Source: Eledone cirrhosa (lineage: Eukaryota). From it: a stretch of 64,000 bases of DNA. Below the pieces are notes generated by a model. The model did no database searches and was not told the DNA's origin. It saw only the letters and a list, made by a program, of their open reading frames with translations. Positions 56,129 to 64,000 of the stretch are shown here, in pieces. The translations under genes were made by a program, and so were the position numbers. The DNA lies in the NCBI GenBank assembly GCA_964016885.1, contig OZ024742.1, positions 340,318,001-340,382,000 of the forward strand, given 5' to 3'. The number at the start of each line of letters is the position of its first letter. Position 1 is the stretch's first letter.

Positions 56129-56752
56129 GGAAGAAATGAAATTTCATTTCTCACTCTTAGTACGACTGATACTTGAATATAAGTATGTATACATACATAC
56201 ATATATGTATACAGACGTACAGTAGTATGTATGTGCATACATACATGCAGACATATATATATATGTACGTATGGGTTTACCGAACATTTATTATAATGTT
56301 CGGTTTGTTTGTAAACAAACATTCCGAATTAAGCCGTAGAGTGTTCGGCAACCATCGTTGCCCTTTTGTTCAACACTGGCAAAGGGACGATGAACTAGTT
56401 TCTAGCTTGTTAGCTGTCATTAGTACCGTATACCTTCCTTATGCATATTAACGGCTGAGCAGCCTAATTTGCATATCGAGGGTCGTAACTCTATGCTGCA
56501 AAACATGGCGTCCGAACCTCTACCGATACTCCCAATATGATAGTAATATCATATATATATATATATACACATATATATATATTTAAAGGTTAAACAAGGT
56601 TCAATGAATAAATCATAGAATGAGTTTTACAAATGTAAATTTTTTCATGTCTCAAACTTAAGGTATATAAATATTGAGTTTTGTCTTATCTTATTCACTA
56701 CCATGACTGAACCTTAACCATCTACTAAGTCGGGGTATGTCATGCATCATCT

Positions 56753-56819
56753 TATTTTATCTGATGAGGAGGTACTATTGAAGATAGTTCAGTACCTCTG
56801 AAATATGTATAATAAAATA
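56753..56819 (+). ncRNA. Intact type-I hammerhead ribozyme
   Basis: TATTTTAT-CTGATGA-GGAGGTACT-loop-AGTACCTCT-GAAA-TATGTA-TA-ATAAAATA: 8-bp stem I, 9-bp stem II, predicted cleavage after 56811. Confidence 0.88.
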
Positions 56820-56859
56820 TACTTGATCATACGAATGTCTATTTTTGTTAATATTTTGA

Positions 56860-56960
<101 letters not shown>

Positions 56961-57006
56961 TGAACAATAACATGGTTAAGAGTACAAACAAGGAAATTTA
57001 CTTACA

Positions 57007-57111
57007 GTCCTACAAGTGTTACAATGATAGAATTGTCTATAAATTGCTAAATACTGGAGACAGTATAACTCAATTTTCAATACATCTAACTTTAATCATT
57101 TCATCAGAGAC
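57007..57111 (-). ncRNA. Hammerhead with ~75-nt stem II (GAAA decayed to GTAA)
   Basis: GTCT-CTGATGA-AATGAT...ATCATT-GTAA-CACTTG-TA-GGAC in a TA-flanked segment (56958-57150). Confidence 0.6.
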
Positions 57112-57148
57112 AACTAAGAAATATGAACTATTTGCGTAACGGTAAACT

Positions 57149-57225
<77 letters not shown>

Positions 57226-58890
57226 GAAAATAGAGAAATGAATGTGAACAAAAAGCCAACAGTATTTCATAATATATAATATATATATCAATCTATCTAT
57301 CTATCTATTTATCTATCTATCTATCTAACGAACTATCTGCCTGTCTATTTATGCATCCGTGAACATGTCAGTACAAAATTAATTGAAACCAATTGCAGTT
57401 GATGGCCAAACGAATTAAAGCCTGTTTTAGCTGTTAATTATTTTGAAGTGTTCTTCAAATTTTATCATAGTTATTGTTGTTATTGTTGCTATTGTTTTTG
57501 TCGTTGTTGTTGTTGTTGCTGACATTGTTGTTGTTACTTTCCTTGTTATTTTTATTGTTGTTGCTATTGATGTTGTTATTGTTTTTGTTGTTATTAGTGG
57601 TGGGGTTAATGATACAATGTCACACACACCAAACCCCTTATGAAGGAGCAGCAGCCGCAATAAAAAAAAGATTCCCCGACACCCCACTGTTGCCCCCTGC
57701 TGTCTACATTTACCGAGTGTCCCCACACACTGCTATGACGTGGTTAAACCCTTTATAGAACCCCCTATCCCCGTTCTACTTCTCCTTTCTAAACACCCTT
57801 CAGGCGATGACAGAAGTGGCTTTGGTCGGATTGTCACCTCCGACCGTCACACATGGTCATCCCTGTGTGCGAGCACGTGTGTGTGTGTGAGGTTATGTGT
57901 GTTCGTGTGTGTGTACGTGTGCGCGCGTGTGTTTGCATGTGTGTATGCGTGTGTTTGCATGTGTGTGTGTGCCTCTGTTTGCATGTGTCTGTGCGTGTGT
58001 TTGCATGTGTGCATGAGTGCGCGCGTGTGTTTGCATGTGTGTATGCGTGTTTGCATGTGTGTGTGTGTGCGTGTGTTTGCATGTGTGTGTGTGCGAGTGT
58101 TTGCATGTGTGTGTGTACGTGTAAACCCATGCGTGTTGTATGTGTGTGTAGTATGTGGTTTGTGTATATGTGTGCGTGTGCGCGTGAACGTGTGTGCGCG
58201 TGTGTGTACATGTGTTTTCATGTGTATTTGCGTGTAAACCCATGCGTGTGTGTCTCTGTGTGTAAGTGATTGTGAGTGTTTATGTGTGTGAGTGTGGTAT
58301 GTGTGTGTAGTGTGTCGATTGTGTGTGTGTGTGTGTGTCTTAGTGTGTGTGCTGCGTGTTTTGTTTCTCTGTTATTTCATAGTGTGTGAGCGTCAGATGG
58401 ATTCATCCAATAACTGGATCACGACCACAGTACCCATTAGTACTATCACCACCACCACCTCCACCACCACCACCATGACCACTACCCCACCACCACCATG
58501 ACAACTACCCCACCACCACCACTAGCACCACCACATTCACCACCACCACCACCACCACCACCACCACCACCACCACCACCATCACCACTACCACCACCAC
58601 CACCACCACCACCACCACCACCACCACCACCACCACTACCATCACCACCACCACCACCACCACCACCATGACCACCACCACCACCACCATCACCACCACC
58701 ACCACTACCACCACCACCACTACCACCACCATCAACAACAACATCAACAACAATAGTAACAACACCAACAACAATAATATCGACTCTTATAAAAGTTGCT
58801 AATTCTAGCAAAAGGCCAGCAATTATATTTTTATGAGGGGAAAGTAGATTATATCGACACCAATATTAACATCATCATAAAAAACAACAA

Positions 58891-58926
<36 letters not shown>

Positions 58927-59069
58927 AAACAACAACAACAACAACAGTCAGTGTGCGCCTGCAGTGTTTTTTACGCAGGACCCATCTGCCATACTATATG
59001 AATGAATGTGTGAGCAAGTATATATATGTATATATATATATGTATATATATATAAATATATAATTATAT

Positions 59070-59211
<142 letters not shown>

Positions 59212-59298
59212 ATATATATATACATATATATATATATACATTTATGTATATATATATGTATATATATATATAAATATATAAATATATATATATATATA

Positions 59299-59356
<58 letters not shown>

Positions 59357-59465
59357 TGTATATATATATATATATATATATATAAATATATATATACGGT
59401 ATATTAATGTTTATGTGTATGTAGACGCACGTGAATATATGCGTGCATGCATTTACACACACACA

Positions 59466-59523
<58 letters not shown>

Positions 59524-59593
59524 CAGACATATATATACATATATATATTTATATATATATATATATATTATATATATATATAAATATATATAC

Positions 59594-59628
<35 letters not shown>

Positions 59629-60680
59629 TGTATATAGACCTTTATATGCATATATATAAATGTGTGTGTGTGTGTGTGTGTGTGTATAAACACACATCTA
59701 TCCATCTATCCATCCATACATACATATATACATACATCCATACATATATACATACATCCATACATATATACATACATACATATATCCATACAGCCATACA
59801 TACATACACATACATACACATATACACACATACATACACATACATGCACATACATACACACTTATTTATATACGCACAGAGACAGATATTACCATCCATC
59901 CACCTATACATACATACATACATACACATACATAGACATACATACACATACATACACATACACACTGATATATATCCACACAGACATATATTACCATCCA
60001 TACATACATACACACTTACATATACATACACATACATACACATACATACACATACACACTTATATATATCCACACAGACATATATTACCATCCATCCACC
60101 CATTCATACATACATACATACACATACATACACATACATACACATACATGCATATACATACACATACATACACACATATATATCCACACAGACAGATATA
60201 GCCATACATACATACATACATACATACATACATACATACATACATACATACATACATACATACATACATACACAGTTGCATATATCCACACAGACACAGG
60301 GCTTGAACTCACGACCCCTTGTGTATACTATTGACAGCTTGCTGCCGTTATTAATGACCCCTTTTCCATCATTTACTTGACTTCTATCATTTTCCACTCC
60401 CACTTTTTCACTTGTTTCTAATTTTATGTACGTATGTATGTATATATATATGTATGTGTGTATGTATGTACGTATGTTTGTATGTGTGTGTTTGTGTGTA
60501 TGTATGTGTGTATGTGTGTTTGTGTGTATATATGTATGTATGTGTGTATGTATGTTGGTATGTATGCGTGTATGTATGCATGCATATATGTATGTATGTT
60601 TATATGTATGTATGCATGTATGTAGGTATCTATGTACGTATATATACTTATACATATACATGTGTTTATATATATATATG

Positions 60681-60744
<64 letters not shown>

Positions 60745-60748
60745 CATA

Positions 60749-60812
<64 letters not shown>

Positions 60813-60816
60813 CATA

Positions 60817-60897
<81 letters not shown>

Positions 60898-60940
60898 ACA
60901 CAGGCACAGACACACACACATACCCATATATATATATATA

Positions 60941-61135
60941 TAACAAAGGAATAGCGGTAAGGAACCAGATGGACCATAACGCACCAGAGTACTCAATACT
61001 TAGGGTAGTAGAGTGAGAAATAGGAAAAGGTATGACCCCGACGGCAGAACTCAAACAGTTTCGACAGCTATTTCTGGACTCAAAGAAATAGTCGTCGAAA
61101 CGGCTTGAGCTCTGCCGTCGGGGTCATACCTTTTC

Positions 61136-61138
<3 letters not shown>
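60941..61138. mobile_element. F-family fold-back copy
   Basis: Long left arm, centre gctatttctggactcaaagaaatag, right arm ending cctat. Confidence 0.75.
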
Positions 61139-61170
<32 letters not shown>

Positions 61171-61199
61171 TACCCAGATACATACACTCACACACAAAT

Positions 61200-61257
<58 letters not shown>

Positions 61258-62209
61258 TATGCATATTTGCTTATGTGTATACATGCGCTCTCTCTTAATA
61301 TATGTATATGCGTGTGTTTATGATTGATGTGTGTATATATTTGTGAGTGTATGATGATTATTGTTGTTTGTTTGTTTGTTTGTTTTTTCTGCCACCAAAA
61401 GTCATGTCCCATGCGCCATATAACACGTGTAAAGTCAAATGAAACACAGCTCTCGCACGTACGTGAACTCAAATATATTCATTCTCTTGGCCAGGCTCAC
61501 TCTCCCTTCCCTTATCTCTCTCACTCTCTCTCTCTCTCTCTCACTCTCATTCTCTCTCCCCCACACTCGAGCGCAAAAACACACACATTCTTACATGCAA
61601 TCACACACACAAAAACACACTCACATACAAACGTACATATGCCTATTTGCATGTGTATATTTCACACATACAGTAGCACATTTGCAAACAATGCGATTCA
61701 AACAAGCATGTACTTACATACGTCTGACAACACACAAGCGCTGGTCATAATATCTATATGGTTGTTGAGAATGCTAGAAATAGTACTCAAAGTCTCCCTC
61801 AAATCACGCTCCCATAAAAGAACACGTCGTACAATGTTGTCATAGTTATAGACAACATGGTGGTTATATGTTCGCTACTTTTCCATTATTTTAATTTTCC
61901 TGCCGAGCGGTCAATCATCAAATGGGGTGTGAATTGAAGTGTATCATGATAAATTTTTCAGACAACATGCTGTACACTTACCGTTGTATCTACACATTCT
62001 GTCCACAAATCTGCTGCTAAAACTTCTTCCTGTGTCAACAGTTTGAAATTAGTTCTGACTTCTTAATCCTAATTGAAAAATTGTATGCAGTCAGTAAAAT
62101 ATTCTTATCTAGATTGTTACCAATGGAGGTGTCTATAAAAACTGTTACCCAAAATATAGATGTAGTCACATGCAGGGAGATAAGAGCCACCATACAGCTG
62201 CCTTATCCC

Positions 62210-62350
62210 AGTGCAGGCATAGCTGTATGGTTAAGAAGTTCTGTTCGCAATATCGTGGGTCCAGATTTAGTCATACCCCGCTGCTTCGCAAGCGAGTATC
62301 TTCTACTATAACCCCAGGTTGACCAATACTATCTTTAGTGGAATTTAGAT
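62210..62350 (+). mobile_element. Old degenerate tRNA-SINE
   Basis: gcaggcatagctgtatggttaagaag...tcttctactataaccccagg resembles a tRNA head plus core. Confidence 0.5.
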
Positions 62351-62531
62351 TGAATGTATATGTGTGTTTGTTGGTGACGGTTGGAGTGGGGTGCATATGT
62401 GAGGCCGTATCAGTGCTTGTGTTTGTATCGGTATTATGTCACCTAAATTACCTGTTCGATAAAAAGATCGAGAAAAATGTAGCTGGTTGAAAAAATATAC
62501 TGGCGTCGGTATCAGTGGCTAAAAGCATTTC

Positions 62532-62586
<55 letters not shown>

Positions 62587-62604
62587 ATAATAATAATAAT
62601 AATA

Positions 62605-62786
62605 ATTGTTTCTACTTTTGGCACAAGGCAAGCAAATACCCAGTGCATTACTGGTACTTTATTTTATCGACCCCGTAATGATGAAAGGCAAAGTTAACCT
62701 CGGCGGAATTTGAACTCAGACCGTAGAGGGACGTAACTATGCTGGAAAGCATGGCGTCTGACTCTCTACCGATACTGCCAATCCAC
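62605..62786 (-). mobile_element. Meta-core tRNA SINE
   Basis: Reverse complement of the 29013 family with an (ATT)n tail. Confidence 0.88.
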
Positions 62787-62899
62787 AATGAGGAAATTAG
62801 TGTGTACAGTGCTCAGGTGCACTACAACTCATCAAACGTGCATATATAGTACAGAGAATAATATAAAAATGTCAGGAAATAAACAGTGTATGAGTCATA

Positions 62900-63435
62900 A
62901 AATACATGTGTGTGTGTATGGAGGGGGGAGGGCATCAGGTCAGTGTTGGCGAATCTCAGGAAGAATGGAGGTTTTAAAGGATGCAGTGTCTCGACAGCTA
63001 ATAACTGATGCAGGTAGTTTGTTCCATGGAGGTTTTAAAGGATGCAGTGTCTCGACAGCTAACAACTGATGCAGGTAGTTTGTTCCATGGAGGTTTTAAA
63101 GGATGCAGTGTCTCGACAGCTAACAACTGATGCAGGTAGTTTGTTCCATGGAGGTTTTAAAGGATGCAGTGTCTCGACAGCTAACAACTGATGCAGGTAG
63201 TTTGTTCCATGGAGGTTTTAAAGGATGCAGTGTCTCGACAGCTAACAACTGATGCAGGTAGTTTGTTCCATGCTTCAGAAAATCTGAGCGTGAGAAAATA
63301 TTTCCAAAAGTCATGGGAGCTGTGCTGTTTTCGGACTTTGTGGGCATGTCCACGTGTGTTAGACACATGGAAATCAAATAGGTGCTCAGGGCTGTTGTTG
63401 GCAAGATGGTTAATAATTGTGTGGGTGTTTACCAA
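62900..63435 (-). mobile_element. CR1/L2-group LINE 3' end with a five-fold 61-bp tandem amplification
   Basis: NTRGHAHKVRKQHSSHDFWKYFLTLRFSEAWNKLPASVV (TRGH...WNxLP motif); units start at 62965, 63026, 63087, 63148 and 63209. Confidence 0.88.
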
Positions 63436-63556
63436 GTATGTTATATATATATTCCTATAAAGAATGCGTACTTGTCTAAATCCAGCACGAGCAATTATAT
63501 ATTTTAAAACGCGTAAAAATAACCAGAGGCTTGTAGAAATCTCAATACACACACAC

Positions 63557-63587
<31 letters not shown>

Positions 63588-64000
63588 CACACACATACAC
63601 ACCATACACACACACAGACACACACACATACACACACGCATACACACACCATACACACACACATACACACACACACAAACACACACAAACACACACAAAC
63701 ACACACACACACACATCATACACACACACACATACACACACACAAACACACAAACACACACAGACACAAACACACACACACACACAGTCACACACAGACC
63801 CAGTCACACACACACACAGTCACATACACACCCACACACAGTCACACATATACACACACACACCTACTCGCGTACACTCACGCAACATACACACACTCAC
63901 ACACGCACACACACACACACAAACACACACACACATAAACCACACACACACACACACACACGCTCACACACACGCTTACACACACTCATACATACACACA

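Overview
AT-rich, microsatellite-saturated eukaryotic DNA with no recognisable host protein-coding exon. The SINE families and repeat landscape suggest a cephalopod, probably Octopus (inference from remembered repeat motifs). Almost all ORF-track entries are translated (TA)n, (CA)n or (GTG)n tracts. The real content is transposon-derived: three GIY-YIG-coding Penelope-like retroelement (PLE) insertions (two with RT, two Hydra-clade-like), a full-length decayed IR/DR Tc1 element, Helitron, mariner, R4/Dong, RTE and CR1 remnants, and many tRNA-derived SINEs. The main hidden signal is about 20 type-I hammerhead ribozyme (HHR) motifs from more than 12 unrelated families, mostly in short, (TA)n-embedded, often fold-back insertions. 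Four families use the compensatory U3:A8 core (UUGANAA), and several have a stem II expanded to 45-105 nt. The fold-backs share an asymmetric 'tail' that often runs into an ATG frame, and one fold-back family carries a tRNA-like unit with a T5 terminator. All structures were read by eye, so coordinates are approximate to a few nt.
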